64,000 nt of DNA from Minisyncoccota bacterium (GCA_025453495.1 JALOQM010000001.1:155161-219160), one strand, 5' to 3'; shown: positions 38,210 through 48,602, numbered from the stretch's first letter. Numbers and translations: made by a program. The notes: generated by a model from the letters alone, not told the origin.

Positions 38210-38213
38210 TCCA

Positions 38214-38810
38214 ATGAAAGAATTTCTCAACAAGAGAAAAGAGGCGCTCTTCAGGTGGAGCGAGCGGCATGTCCAAGGGCCGCATGGCAAGTGGTGGCTT
38301 GCCGGCATTTCATTCGCGGAATCTTCTTTCTTTCCGATTCCACCCGACCTATTTTTGATCGGGATGCTCATGGGCAAAGACCGTTCGCGCTGGGCGCGGT
38401 ATGCACTCATCACTACTATCGCTTCAGTCGCCGGCGGACTCTTTGGCTATCTAATCGGCTATCTTTTTTTCTCGCTTATTGGTGCGAAAATTGTTGCATT
38501 GTATGGACTTGAATCTGCTGTGGCGCATGTGCGCACGCTCTATGCCGACAATGCGTTTTTTGCCATTCTTGTTGCAGGTTTTACTCCCATACCGTATAAG
38601 GTATTTACTATTGCAGCGGGACTGTTTCATATACATCTCCCGATATTCATTATTGCTTCGCTCCTTGGGCGTGGTGGGAGATTTTTTATTGTCAGTTTCC
38701 TTATGCGGCGTTATGGTGGCAAGCTCGGTGAGCTTGTCTATCGGTATTTCAACTTATTCTCGCTTATAGTTGTCGCACTCATTGTCCTTGGTTTCTACTT
38801 TCTTGTCTGA
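38214..38810 (+). CDS. DedA/YqaA family membrane protein
   Basis: SFAESSFFPIPPD, GFTPIPYKVF, GRGGRFF. Confidence 0.92.
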   Translation: MKEFLNKRKEALFRWSERHVQGPHGKWWLAGISFAESSFFPIPPDLFLIGMLMGKDRSRWARYALITTIASVAGGLFGYLIGYLFFSLIGAKIVALYGLESAVAHVRTLYADNAFFAILVAGFTPIPYKVFTIAAGLFHIHLPIFIIASLLGRGGRFFIVSFLMRRYGGKLGELVYRYFNLFSLIVVALIVLGFYFLV

Positions 38811-38843
38811 CGCAAGACTTTCTGTGGTGTATACTTAGAACAT

Positions 38844-39788
38844 ATGCGCCATATGTTGTACACAAAAGAATTTATCGCACGGAAACTCTCCCGCGCTTCG
38901 ACACTTGGTCTTGATCTTTCTGATGGGGCGATACACTACCTCTCGCTCAAAAAGGCAAAGCATGGCTTAGCTATACGTACGTACGGCACGACCGCTCTCT
39001 CTGACGCTGTATATGCACATGGCTTCATCAAAGATGCGCCCAAACTCCTCTCAATACTCAAACTAATCAAGAAGAAAACCACTATCCGTTATGTCCGCGC
39101 GTCTATTCCAGAAGAACAAGTCTATGTAGTTGATATGACACTCCCGATTGCGGACAAGAAAAAAGTCATCGAAAAGATTACTGCACGTCTTATCGACATA
39201 TTGCCAGCATTCTTTGATGACATGCTTATTAATTATGAGATTCTCTCTGAAGATAAGGAATCATTTCATCTAAACGTCGCGATTGCCAAGAAAACATTTG
39301 TGCATGAGTATCTCAAGCTCCTTTCCGATGCAGGATTTTCTGTCGTCTCACTTGCATTTCGCACAGCAGCGACTACGCATGCACTCATTGGCAAAAAAGA
39401 TACTGAGTCAAAACTCATTGTTTCGCTTGAGCAGACAAAGCTTTGTGTTTTTGGAGTAGTAAGTGGAATTGTGTTTGCAAGCATTGTCTCTGAACTCGAT
39501 TCGCCAAGAAACTTCCATCTTATCAAAGAGAAAATTGATCGTGTCTATGTCGAGTGGACCCGTGCGCAGCCTGGTCAGCAGTTTGGCCCAGTATTGCTTG
39601 TGGGTCAGACTGCGCACGAAGGAGGACTTCTAGAGTATCTTTCGGTATCACTCAAGCTTCCGATAGTGCTTGCAAACGTCTGGGAGAATGTCAGTACATT
39701 TGATCACTACATTCCTGAGATTCCGCGTAATCTTTCGCTTGGCTATCATGCGGCGATTGGTCTTGCGCTTGCTGATTTTGAGAAATAA
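38844..39788 (+). CDS. PilM-like pilus assembly protein
   Basis: GLDLSD N-terminal motif, ANVWEN, AIGLAL C-terminus. Confidence 0.7.
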   Translation: MRHMLYTKEFIARKLSRASTLGLDLSDGAIHYLSLKKAKHGLAIRTYGTTALSDAVYAHGFIKDAPKLLSILKLIKKKTTIRYVRASIPEEQVYVVDMTLPIADKKKVIEKITARLIDILPAFFDDMLINYEILSEDKESFHLNVAIAKKTFVHEYLKLLSDAGFSVVSLAFRTAATTHALIGKKDTESKLIVSLEQTKLCVFGVVSGIVFASIVSELDSPRNFHLIKEKIDRVYVEWTRAQPGQQFGPVLLVGQTAHEGGLLEYLSVSLKLPIVLANVWENVSTFDHYIPEIPRNLSLGYHAAIGLALADFEK

Positions 39789-39828
39789 GCACTGCGTGTT
39801 ACTATTTTTGCGTTCTTAGAGAACGACT

Positions 39829-39900
39829 GTCCTCGTAGTTCAATGGATAGAACGAGGGACTTCTAATCCCTAAATCTAGGTTCGATTCCTAGCGAGGGCA
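39829..39900 (+). tRNA. tRNA-Arg(UCU)
   Basis: GTCCTCG..AGGGA CT TCT AA TCCCT..GGTTCGATTCC..CGAGGGC A. Confidence 0.95.
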
Positions 39901-40017
39901 CAGAGGTGCAAAAAGCAAGATAGTTTTGCTTGCAGGCACCAGTGTGAGCCAAGGCAATGATTTTGTTTTAGTAGGCTTACAGAAATGATACAGTACAGTA
40001 GTTTGCAAAAATAATAT

Positions 40018-40090
40018 GCGCGATTAGCTCAGTTGGTAGAGCAATCCGTTTACACCGGAAAGGTCGGGGGTTCAAGTCCCTCATCGCGCA
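40018..40090 (+). tRNA. tRNA-Val(UAC)
   Basis: GCGCGAT TAGCTCAGTTGGTAGAGC..TT TAC AC..GGTTCAAGTCC..ATCGCGC A. Confidence 0.93.
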
Positions 40091-40094
40091 CACT

Positions 40095-40628
40095 ATGAGT
40101 TTTTTGTATCATTATATTCCCAAAAAAGTTGAGGGTACTATTTTATATCCCCTGAACCTACTCAAGGAGAAGTATCCAGAATTGTCTGTCATGTATGTAA
40201 AGAAATATGTCGGACGTGAAGAAATTATGGAGCAGCGTTTACTAATCCTTGATTGCCTGTGGAACGATGTATTGCACTTTACCGCAGTGCATCCAAAAGA
40301 TTTAAAACAGGCACTGGTAGAAGCAGGACAGCCAGAGACGTTCATGATGTCATTTTATCAGATTGATCCAATGGTACTCGATCCAAAAAATACTATTATC
40401 TATTTGAATACACAGACACGAAAAGAAGACAGCATGCTTGAGCAAAATTTCGTTTCGTATACTCCAAAAGAACTTGCTCAGTACTCCTTTTTGCCAGAAA
40501 GAACAAAAGCATACTATGTTTATATGTATCAACATGAACATGCATTACCGCTTATGTATAAATGGGTTCCGCATATTCTATACAAAGGTACTTTAGATAT
40601 TTCAAATGCAGTAGTTGTCACTGTATAA
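40095..40628 (+). CDS. Conserved hypothetical protein
   Basis: LYHYIP..GTILYPLN..LDCLWNDVLHF..VPHILYKG. Confidence 0.75.
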   Translation: MSFLYHYIPKKVEGTILYPLNLLKEKYPELSVMYVKKYVGREEIMEQRLLILDCLWNDVLHFTAVHPKDLKQALVEAGQPETFMMSFYQIDPMVLDPKNTIIYLNTQTRKEDSMLEQNFVSYTPKELAQYSFLPERTKAYYVYMYQHEHALPLMYKWVPHILYKGTLDISNAVVVTV

Positions 40629-40629
40629 C

Positions 40630-41364
40630 ATGCAAACAATCTCTATCCTCTACGAAAATGAACACCTCCTCGTCATCGACAAACCGAGTGGGCTTGTGGT
40701 GCATGCCGACGGCAAGACGGACGAGCTGACGCTTGTCGATTGGTTACTTCAGAAATATCCAGAGATAAAAGATATTGGTGAGCCAATGGAAACTACCAAT
40801 CAGAAGACAGGCGAGAAGGTTACTATTGTCCGCCCCGGGATTGTGCATCGTATCGATCGAGATACATCAGGTTGTCTGGTGATCGCAAAAAACCAGGAGA
40901 TGTACTTGTTCTTGAAAAGACAATTTCAAGAAAGAAAGATAGATAAGACGTACAAGGCTATTGTCTGGGGATGTGTGAAGAATGACACCGGTAAGATCAC
41001 CGCACCGATCGGCAGGAGTGGATCTGATTTCCGCAAGTGGACCGCCCAGCGTGGCGCGCGTGGAGAGCTTCGGGAAGCAGTGACTGAGTACAAAGTGCTC
41101 GATCGCTTCGAGCGAGGTAGTCATGCATTCTCTTTTGTCGAGGTCTGTCCAAAGACCGGACGCACACACCAGATCCGCGTGCATTTCAAATATCTCAATC
41201 ATCCGATACTTTGCGATACGCTCTATGCAGAGAAACTACCATGCGTACTTGGTATTGGGAGACTTGCCCTACATGCAGCAATGATTTCTTTTACGAATCT
41301 ACAAGGAGAGAATATCACTGTTGAAGCGCCGCTGCCAGATGATTTTGTCCGTGCGTTGAAATAG
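40630..41364 (+). CDS. RluA/RluD family pseudouridine synthase
   Basis: DKPSGLVVH, VHRIDRDTSG, TGRTHQIRVH, LHA. Confidence 0.95.
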   Translation: MQTISILYENEHLLVIDKPSGLVVHADGKTDELTLVDWLLQKYPEIKDIGEPMETTNQKTGEKVTIVRPGIVHRIDRDTSGCLVIAKNQEMYLFLKRQFQERKIDKTYKAIVWGCVKNDTGKITAPIGRSGSDFRKWTAQRGARGELREAVTEYKVLDRFERGSHAFSFVEVCPKTGRTHQIRVHFKYLNHPILCDTLYAEKLPCVLGIGRLALHAAMISFTNLQGENITVEAPLPDDFVRALK

Positions 41365-41877
41365 TGCACGACGATACACATATTTTTTCTCATTACTTCT
41401 TTATTTATTTTTTTACCATTGCTTGTATTTGATCTTGCTACGTTCTACATAGATAGTTCATCAAAAGTTTTACAAAATCAAAACTCATGAAAACGACACA
41501 GTGAGGCGACTTCTCTGGGTTGCTCTTGGTGGAGGGAAGAGGAATTGATGGGACGAGAGCACATTGTCTTGTCCTATCTGAAATCTAATCTATGTATGTG
41601 TACTTGGATACTTTTCTGATACGGTACTATTTCTTCACAACGATTCAGTGTGGACGATTTCGATCCTGCAAAGTAGAGGTGAAACAGATTACTTTAAAGT
41701 AATATTTGATATGATAACTGGACTTGCAGTAGCTCTTGAATATACTTCTATACCCGATTGGTGATTTTCCTTGACCGGAGTTCTGTAGCAAGACTTCGGT
41801 TTTTTATATTGACTTCTTGTTTTTGTACTGCATAATAGTTTCAGTTTAACCAACACTGCTCTTGGAGGGGCAACATC

Positions 41878-42558
41878 ATGAAACAGTTCTTTTTTATTAC
41901 AGTTTTCGTAATCACGCCATTTTTCGTTCTCACGACAGAAGCACAAAATGTAAAAAAATCGGGGAAAGAAAAAAAGCCGAAGTATGAAATTGTCGGCAAG
42001 GTTGTTGGATACAGCAATCAAGCATATGCACATTTTTTTTCCGGCACTATCATCGTGCAAACGACGCATGGCAATGACACAGTAGAAAGTTGTGGTGATC
42101 GTGATATTTTAATTCTTTGCCGCAACAGCAACGGTGACATTACCAGTTATTTCACCATCGGCGGCCCTGGGAAAGATACCGTCTGCTGTATGACTAGCAG
42201 TCACACAGATACCCTTCTCATAGCTGGCGGATACTCTGATACTGCCAAGATTGCTGATTCTCAGTGTATTGCGAGAAGCGGTATGGATGCATTCCTTGTT
42301 CGCGTGACGAAATCGGGAAAGGTGCTCTGGATGCAGACATGGGGTGCGAGCGGCGATGATTGTTGTACCTGGGTGTGGCGTCCTGGAAAAGACGTAGAGA
42401 CACGTGTACGCTACGAAGCGAAAGAAAACGAGGATATTCACGTTGTCAGCTCGGTTTTCTACACTGCTCCGTCTGACGGGGTGTACATTTTCACCCTGCG
42501 GTTCAATCATGTCGGTCGCCTGATTTCTGATACTGACAGGATTTTTCCCACATTCTAA
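41878..42558 (+). CDS. Secreted hypothetical protein (beta-propeller-like fragments)
   Basis: Signal peptide; DAFLVRVTKSGKVLWMQTWG repeat-like segment. Confidence 0.65.
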   Translation: MKQFFFITVFVITPFFVLTTEAQNVKKSGKEKKPKYEIVGKVVGYSNQAYAHFFSGTIIVQTTHGNDTVESCGDRDILILCRNSNGDITSYFTIGGPGKDTVCCMTSSHTDTLLIAGGYSDTAKIADSQCIARSGMDAFLVRVTKSGKVLWMQTWGASGDDCCTWVWRPGKDVETRVRYEAKENEDIHVVSSVFYTAPSDGVYIFTLRFNHVGRLISDTDRIFPTF

Positions 42559-42653
42559 TACAACGCTCGGGTGCAGAAACAATGCCAGGCTTCATTATAG
42601 GAGCCTGGCATTTTCGTTGCATGGGCAAAAATTGTGTGGTAGTATCGTCGCGT

Positions 42654-43055
42654 ATGACAAAGACAGCAATGAAACTCACTCCAGTCGAAATGGATGCACG
42701 CAAGAATCTCGGCTTCCGCTCGGGCGATACCGTCCGTGTCTGGTCAAAGATTCTCGAAAAGGGCAAGACTCGCCTACAGGCATTTGAAGGTCTCGTCCTT
42801 TCTCGCAAGCATGGTACGACTGGTACCAATGCGATGTTTACCATCCGCAAGGTATCAAACGCAGTCGGTGTTGAGCGTATTTTTCCACTCTACTCTCCAA
42901 ATATCGATAAGATTGAGATCGTAAAGAAGTCCAAGGCTCGTCGCTCTAAGCTCTACTACATAAGGACAAAGGCGACAAAAGACATCCGTCGCAAGATCAA
43001 GAAAGCATCATTCGACACTGGAGAACCAAAAGAAAAAATAGAAACAGAAGCATAA
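42654..43055 (+). CDS. rplS: 50S ribosomal protein L19
   Basis: FRSGDTVRV, RLQAFEG, FTIRK..GVERIFP, RRSKLYY. Confidence 0.97.
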   Translation: MTKTAMKLTPVEMDARKNLGFRSGDTVRVWSKILEKGKTRLQAFEGLVLSRKHGTTGTNAMFTIRKVSNAVGVERIFPLYSPNIDKIEIVKKSKARRSKLYYIRTKATKDIRRKIKKASFDTGEPKEKIETEA

Positions 43056-43104
43056 AAAACAAATCCCGCCTTTTGGTGGGATTTGTTTTTGATATACTTT
43101 TTGT

Positions 43105-43473
43105 ATGGATATAGAACTTACAAAGAAAAAATGCCAGCCGTGTGAAAAGAAGGGGAGTAAGCCATTTGATCAAGTAGAAGCCGAGCGATATGTCGCCGAA
43201 GTCCCTGGATGGGAACTCTCTCAAGTGCATTCAGAAGGACAGGCTACACCTGTCTTGAAAATTTCTCGGACATTCGAATTCAAAGATTTCATTGGCTCGA
43301 TGGATTTTATAAATGCAGTTGCTGATATTGCTGAAGCCGAAGGACACCATCCAGATATATACATTTTTTATAACAAAGTGCGACTTGAATTATATACACA
43401 TGCGATCGACGGATTGTCGGAGAATGATTTCATTGTTGCGGCAAAGATACATAGGATCATGCAGTTTCACTAG
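43105..43473 (+). CDS. Pterin-4a-carbinolamine dehydratase
   Basis: AEAEGHHPDI, THAIDGLSENDFIVAAKI. Confidence 0.93.
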   Translation: MDIELTKKKCQPCEKKGSKPFDQVEAERYVAEVPGWELSQVHSEGQATPVLKISRTFEFKDFIGSMDFINAVADIAEAEGHHPDIYIFYNKVRLELYTHAIDGLSENDFIVAAKIHRIMQFH

Positions 43474-43522
43474 ACTTTACTTGCGTATTTGCTATAACTA
43501 AAACGTCTTTTTAAGACGATAT

Positions 43523-43595
43523 GGTGCCTATAGTGTAATGGTTAGCACTGGAGTCTGTGGATCTCCCAGTTCGGGTTCAAATCCCGATAGGCACC
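43523..43595 (+). tRNA. tRNA-His(GUG)
   Basis: G-1 GTGCCTA..CT GTG GA..TCGGG TTCAAAT CCCGA TAGGCAC C. Confidence 0.93.
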
Positions 43596-43667
43596 CACGA
43601 GTCAGCAGCCGGTTTTGCGACCGACACGGCTGAAATAGGTAGAGTTTTGGTTCTCGACCGCTTAGGG
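43596..43667. repeat. Arm-like sequence after tRNA-His related to the tRNA-Ser arm
   Basis: GTTTTG 17 nt after the discriminator at both tRNAs; GAGTTTTGGTTCTCGACCGCTTAGGG vs TAGTTTTGTATCCCGACTGCCTAAGG (19/26 by hand). Confidence 0.55.
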
Positions 43668-43679
43668 TAATTTATCAAA

Positions 43680-44318
43680 ATGGAACAATCAATCATCGAG
43701 TATCTTAAAGAAAAATATTCGCCTAGAGCCATTATTCTTGCTGGATCACGTGCAATAGGAAAGGAAACAGAAGACAGTGATTGGGATATATTTGTTTTTG
43801 CTGAAAAAGATTATCCCGACGGTTATTTTGTTTGGAATAATCAGCTGCTCGACATAACAATTCATAGCTGGCCGAAACCCGACAATTGGGTTTTTACGAT
43901 TCCGTTTGGTCCGCTTTGGCCAGTTAAAGTTCTGTATGACGATACTCAAGGAGTATTTGATCAGATACTCAAACGCACTAAAGATGTGTATGAACTTGGT
44001 CCACTTGTAACCTATTCTAATGGGTGTCGAGAACGTCTTGATAAGTTAGAGCGTTGGAAAGGCAAAATTGGAAAATACAAAACTAATTCCGAAGTTCAAT
44101 TTTATTACGCCGGGATTATTTTTGAGTTTGCTATCCGTGTATGGTTCGAACAGCAGAATATATGGCCACTTACTCCTTCGCTTGCAGTTCCGTACATCCG
44201 GGAGAAAGACTCTAAATTTGCTGACATGATCAGTTCTTTTGTAAATCAGAAAGGCGAGAGTCTGGTTCTTCTCACTAATGAAATTGTGAACCATCTGCGG
44301 TCTCTCAGAAAAGAATAA
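43680..44318 (+). CDS. Pol-beta superfamily nucleotidyltransferase
   Basis: LAGSRA..DSDWDI motif. Confidence 0.8.
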   Translation: MEQSIIEYLKEKYSPRAIILAGSRAIGKETEDSDWDIFVFAEKDYPDGYFVWNNQLLDITIHSWPKPDNWVFTIPFGPLWPVKVLYDDTQGVFDQILKRTKDVYELGPLVTYSNGCRERLDKLERWKGKIGKYKTNSEVQFYYAGIIFEFAIRVWFEQQNIWPLTPSLAVPYIREKDSKFADMISSFVNQKGESLVLLTNEIVNHLRSLRKE

Positions 44319-44320
44319 CC

Positions 44321-44728
44321 ATGAATTCGATTGCCCATGTAGAAATCAATGTCAGAAATCTAAGAATATCGACTTCATTCTGGTCTGATTTTCTCGCTAC
44401 TCTTGGTTGGAAACAGTTCGATGTCGGCCATTCTTCGGTTTCCGGTTTTGAAGCCCCTGATGGAACACATTTGTTTCTTGTTCAAACAGAGGAGCGTTTC
44501 TTAAGCTCAGGTTTTCATCGAAAGAATATTGGCCTGAATCATGTCGCGTTCAGAGTAGACGCTCCAGAAAAAGTGGATGCATTTGCTGATTTCTTAAAAG
44601 AGAAAAGTATCCCGGTTCTGTATGGAGGTCCAAAAGAGTATTCGTCTGAATACAGCAGGGAACACTACTACGCAGTTTTCTTTGAAGATCCGGATCGGAT
44701 TAAAGTCGAGGTTGTTTTCTATAAGTAA
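44321..44728 (+). CDS. VOC/glyoxalase family protein
   Basis: IAHVEINV, GLNHVAF, YAVFFEDPDRIKVE. Confidence 0.9.
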   Translation: MNSIAHVEINVRNLRISTSFWSDFLATLGWKQFDVGHSSVSGFEAPDGTHLFLVQTEERFLSSGFHRKNIGLNHVAFRVDAPEKVDAFADFLKEKSIPVLYGGPKEYSSEYSREHYYAVFFEDPDRIKVEVVFYK

Positions 44729-44729
44729 A

Positions 44730-44924
44730 TTAATCTGCCAAGGTAATTTTCTTTTCGGTCACCAATAATTTGTTTCTTAAGTTTTCCAAAAGTTCTCGCT
44801 TCTCGTGGATTGTGCCTTCTTTCAGTAGGTACTTCGCATACATCCGAATATCAACTTCTTTCTCCTTCAGTTTCTTCTCGTCTTTGATTCTAAACACGCT
44901 TGATCGTAATTTATTGTGTCTTGC
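44730..44924 (-). pseudogene. C-terminal remnant of a large serine recombinase
   Basis: [39 protein letters not shown] aligns with VNTREYAKYVLREGTPLEKRELMGHLRSRLLLKDKKITL of 32107-33438. Confidence 0.85.
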
Positions 44925-45095
44925 CCCAAGTTGATTAAAATGTAACGTGCTCTCCTTTAAGGGCCAGAAAAGCCTGTATTTACAGGATGGTTTATTTGTA
45001 TCCAAGGTTTAACCTTAGAATGTATGCTTTTTAAGTAATGTAATTATTTATTAATAAACACTGATCTTTATCTTCAGTACGTTATACTTATCTTT

Positions 45096-46595
45096 ATGAA
45101 ACCGATTGATGAACTAAAAAGGCGTTTGCTTGAGATAGCGCATCTCTCTTCTGCACTTGCACTCTTACACTGGGATCAGGAAGTCCATATGCCAAAAAAG
45201 GGTGGTGCGTCCCGAGCACTCGTGATTGCAGAGCTGACTGGTCTTATCCATCAGAAGCTTGTCGCGCTTGATGTTGATCGCGTGCTGACTAAGCTCCAGC
45301 TAGCAGTAAAAAAGGGAACACTCAAAGGAAAAGACAAAGTCATTGTCCTTGAGACGGCACGTACTTTTGAACGAGAGCGGAAACTCCCTGAGGCTTTTGT
45401 GCGCGACATGGCAGAAACAATATCCAAAGCACAATCGGTATGGGCTACCGCTCGAGCACAAAACAATTTCACCTTGTTCCGTCCATGGCTTGAAAAGATA
45501 GTTGCGCTCAAGCGAAAAGAAGCGACATACGTTGGCTACCGTGCATCACCGTATGATGCACTGCTTGATGCATTTGAACCCGACATGACCACACAAGAGG
45601 CAGCACGTATACTGCATGATCTCAAAGATTTTCTCGTGTCATTTCTCAAAGAACTTCAGAGTCGTCCTCAAGCTGCGAAACAACGTCTTTCTCTAAAAGC
45701 TACATTTCCAATTGCAGAGCAAAAAAAGTTCAATGCAGTGCTCGCAAGTGAAATCGGATTTGATCTTGCTGCTGGTGTGATTGAGGAGAGTACGCATCCG
45801 TTTACGACAAATTTCCATCCGCATGATGTGCGTTTCACGACGCGGTATCGTACCGACGATATTATACACGCCATTGGTTCGACTATACATGAGGCGGGAC
45901 ACGGTCTCTATGAGCAAGGTCTTCCAGCGGAGCATTTTGGTACACCACTTGCAGAGGCGGTATCGCTCGGTGTTCATGAATCACAGTCACGTATGTGGGA
46001 AAATATGATTGGCAAGAGTAAGCCATTCTGGAGGTATTTTTATCCGAAGCTCAAAAAGCAATTTCCAGAAGCATTTGGGAAGATTACACTAGAAGATTTT
46101 TATCATGCGATCAACCGCGTCACGCCATCACTTATCCGCACTGAAGCAGATGAAGTCACGTACAACTTGCACATTATCATCCGCTTTGAAATCGAAAAGG
46201 AGCTTATCGAAGGGAGTATTGCTGTCCGTGACGTTCCTCTGATCTGGCAATCAAAAGTCAAAGAATATCTCGGAATCTCCGTGAAGGACGACGCGCATGG
46301 AGCGCTTCAGGACGTCCACTGGTCTGCGGGGCTCTTTGGGTATTTCCCGACGTATACATTTGGCAATCTCTATGCAGCACAGTTCTTTGCGGCTATGGAG
46401 CGAGAGCTTCCTGTAACAGCGCTTCTTGCAAAGGGTACATTTGGTCCAGTGCGCGAGTGGCTTAGGAAGCATATCCATTCACATGGAAAGCGCTATACCG
46501 CCGGAGCACTTGTGAAAAAAGTGACAGGTGAACCTCTCAATAGTCGTTACTTTGCTGACTATTTAAAGAAAAAATATAGAGACATTAAAAAGTAA
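45096..46595 (+). CDS. M32 carboxypeptidase (Taq-like)
   Basis: HPF, HEAGH, HESQSR, IRTEADEVTYNLH, LQDVHW, GYFPTY. Confidence 0.96.
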   Translation: MKPIDELKRRLLEIAHLSSALALLHWDQEVHMPKKGGASRALVIAELTGLIHQKLVALDVDRVLTKLQLAVKKGTLKGKDKVIVLETARTFERERKLPEAFVRDMAETISKAQSVWATARAQNNFTLFRPWLEKIVALKRKEATYVGYRASPYDALLDAFEPDMTTQEAARILHDLKDFLVSFLKELQSRPQAAKQRLSLKATFPIAEQKKFNAVLASEIGFDLAAGVIEESTHPFTTNFHPHDVRFTTRYRTDDIIHAIGSTIHEAGHGLYEQGLPAEHFGTPLAEAVSLGVHESQSRMWENMIGKSKPFWRYFYPKLKKQFPEAFGKITLEDFYHAINRVTPSLIRTEADEVTYNLHIIIRFEIEKELIEGSIAVRDVPLIWQSKVKEYLGISVKDDAHGALQDVHWSAGLFGYFPTYTFGNLYAAQFFAAMERELPVTALLAKGTFGPVREWLRKHIHSHGKRYTAGALVKKVTGEPLNSRYFADYLKKKYRDIKK

Positions 46596-46717
46596 CTATC
46601 TTAGTAAGATTGTTAGATTGTCTCATGAGAAAACAAAAACGCCACATAGGCGTTTTTGTTTTCTAGACCCCGTGGTATAGTGTGACCGGCTAAAAACTTC
46701 ATTCACTAACTAAACAA

Positions 46718-47449
46718 ATGCTCATGATAGCACTGTATTTTTTGCTGGCGCACTGGTTTTTATCATTGTTCTGCCAGACATTTTTTCTGCACCGGTATGC
46801 ATCACACAAGATGTTTACTATGAAGAGAGGGACAGAGCGATTCTTCTATTTCCTCACTTTTCTTTTTCAAGGATCATCATTTCTCAATCCTCGAGCATAC
46901 GCACTCATGCATCGCATGCATCACGAGTATAGTGATACAGAAAAAGATCCACATCCGCCACATTTAGTAAAAGATATTTGGCGACTTATGCTTCGGACAC
47001 GAGATATCTATAGTGATTTTGTGTCCCGTCGAGTACTTCCAGAAAACCAGTTTGATGGGGACTATCCAGAATGGCCCGCGCTTGATTCTTTTGGGAATCG
47101 CTGGAGCGTCCGGATCGGTTTTGGGGTATTGTACATTGTGCTGTATTGCTTTTTTGTAGAAGAATGGTGGCTCTTTTTTCTTTTGCCTATCCATTTTCTC
47201 ATGGGTCCTATCCATGGAGCAATCGTTAATTGGTGCGGACATAAATACGGCTACGCCAATTACAACAATGAAGATAAGTCAAAGAATACTTTTCCTATTG
47301 AACTGTTTCTGATGGGGGAACTTTTCCAAAACAACCACCATAAGTTTCCCAAAAAAGGAAATTTCGCAGTTCGTTGGTTTGAATTTGATCCAACATGGCC
47401 AATAATCAAGTTACTGGATTGGTGTGGAGTAATTAGGTTGAAAACATAA
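46718..47449 (+). CDS. Membrane acyl-CoA/lipid (delta-9-type) desaturase
   Basis: His boxes HRYASH, HRMHH, QNNHH; NWCGHKYG, FEFDPTW. Confidence 0.9.
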   Translation: MLMIALYFLLAHWFLSLFCQTFFLHRYASHKMFTMKRGTERFFYFLTFLFQGSSFLNPRAYALMHRMHHEYSDTEKDPHPPHLVKDIWRLMLRTRDIYSDFVSRRVLPENQFDGDYPEWPALDSFGNRWSVRIGFGVLYIVLYCFFVEEWWLFFLLPIHFLMGPIHGAIVNWCGHKYGYANYNNEDKSKNTFPIELFLMGELFQNNHHKFPKKGNFAVRWFEFDPTWPIIKLLDWCGVIRLKT

Positions 47450-47540
47450 AAGATAATAAAAACACTATGGCAGTGCCCTAGTGTTTTTTCTTGAGTGAAG
47501 AATGTAACAAGTGTTTGCAGCAGATAGTTTGGTATACTAT

Positions 47541-48101
47541 ATGTCTATGTTATATACAGGAAAAGGCGACAGTGGTACAACAAAACTCTTCAACACTCCT
47601 TCAGGCGAGCGGTTGCCAAAAACACATCCAGTTTTTGAAGCGCTTGGCACTGTAGATGAACTTGTGGCGCAACTCGGTCTTCTAAAAGTCGGCTTGCGCT
47701 CTACTGATCTTATGATCGGAGAAGTCAGAGCAGATATCGTGACGCATAACGTACAAGAAGCATTGTTTACTCTGCAGGCGGAGCTTGCAGGAGCAGGTAT
47801 GTCGATTGCCGAAGAGCGTGTAACTGAGCTTGGAGCGCTTGTTGATGAGATTGAGAACTTACTACCCCCTATAAAGACTTTTTTTATCGCTGGCGCTACC
47901 GAGCTTTCGGCACAAGCAGATGTTTGTCGTACTATTTCTCGACGCATGGAGCGCACAGTACTGCATGCTGTTTCGGCTGGAATCAAAGTATCTCCAGCCT
48001 CACTTGCGTATGCAAATCGTCTTTCAAGTCTCCTCTATGCCATTGCGCGCTTCTCTAGCTATAGTGCTGGTGTCGATGAAGCTCCGCCATCATATACGTA
48101 G
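47541..48101 (+). CDS. PduO-type cob(I)alamin adenosyltransferase
   Basis: LYTGKGDSGTT, GTVDEL, RTISRRMER, NRLSSLLY. Confidence 0.9.
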   Translation: MSMLYTGKGDSGTTKLFNTPSGERLPKTHPVFEALGTVDELVAQLGLLKVGLRSTDLMIGEVRADIVTHNVQEALFTLQAELAGAGMSIAEERVTELGALVDEIENLLPPIKTFFIAGATELSAQADVCRTISRRMERTVLHAVSAGIKVSPASLAYANRLSSLLYAIARFSSYSAGVDEAPPSYT

Positions 48102-48110
48102 CCTTCTACT

Positions 48111-48602
48111 ATGTTTAAGGAAGACTTACTCGCAGTCAAGAAACTTCATACTGACGGTCATCTGCATTGGCGGATTGTCTGGCGTGTATCTATCCTCCTT
48201 CTTTACTCCATTGTCTTTCTTGGTATTGCGTCTTACCACTTTTTTGCTGATACTCTCAATTTCTTTATAGCGTCTGGTCTCTACTCTATTGGCTTCTTGC
48301 TCGGCTTTTTTTTGGTTTCAAAAATGTTTCGTATTCACTGGGACAAAGAACGTGCACTCGTTATCGCAAGTGGCATGAATTTTTTTGGGTTCTTCATACT
48401 TCTCCTATATGCGGCACTTCGCTATTGGTCAAATAATGTTGTTGATTATCTCTTGCATCCTGATGCTGCAAGAGTTCCAGGTCTGACATTTTGTTTTGTT
48501 GCAGGAATCATGCTCGGGAGATTTTTCTATACAGTGATAGCAATTAGAAGGGTACACAGTGATAGTTGGGTTACACACAAGTATAAAATTGACAATATTT
48601 GA
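48111..48602 (+). CDS. 4-TM hypothetical membrane protein
   Basis: Four hydrophobic segments; GIMLGR. Confidence 0.65.
   Translation: MFKEDLLAVKKLHTDGHLHWRIVWRVSILLLYSIVFLGIASYHFFADTLNFFIASGLYSIGFLLGFFLVSKMFRIHWDKERALVIASGMNFFGFFILLLYAALRYWSNNVVDYLLHPDAARVPGLTFCFVAGIMLGRFFYTVIAIRRVHSDSWVTHKYKIDNI

Noticed and set aside
41365-41877. 500-bp non-coding stretch as replication origin or ncRNA
   Set aside because: No DnaA-box cluster, repeats or convincing stems seen.
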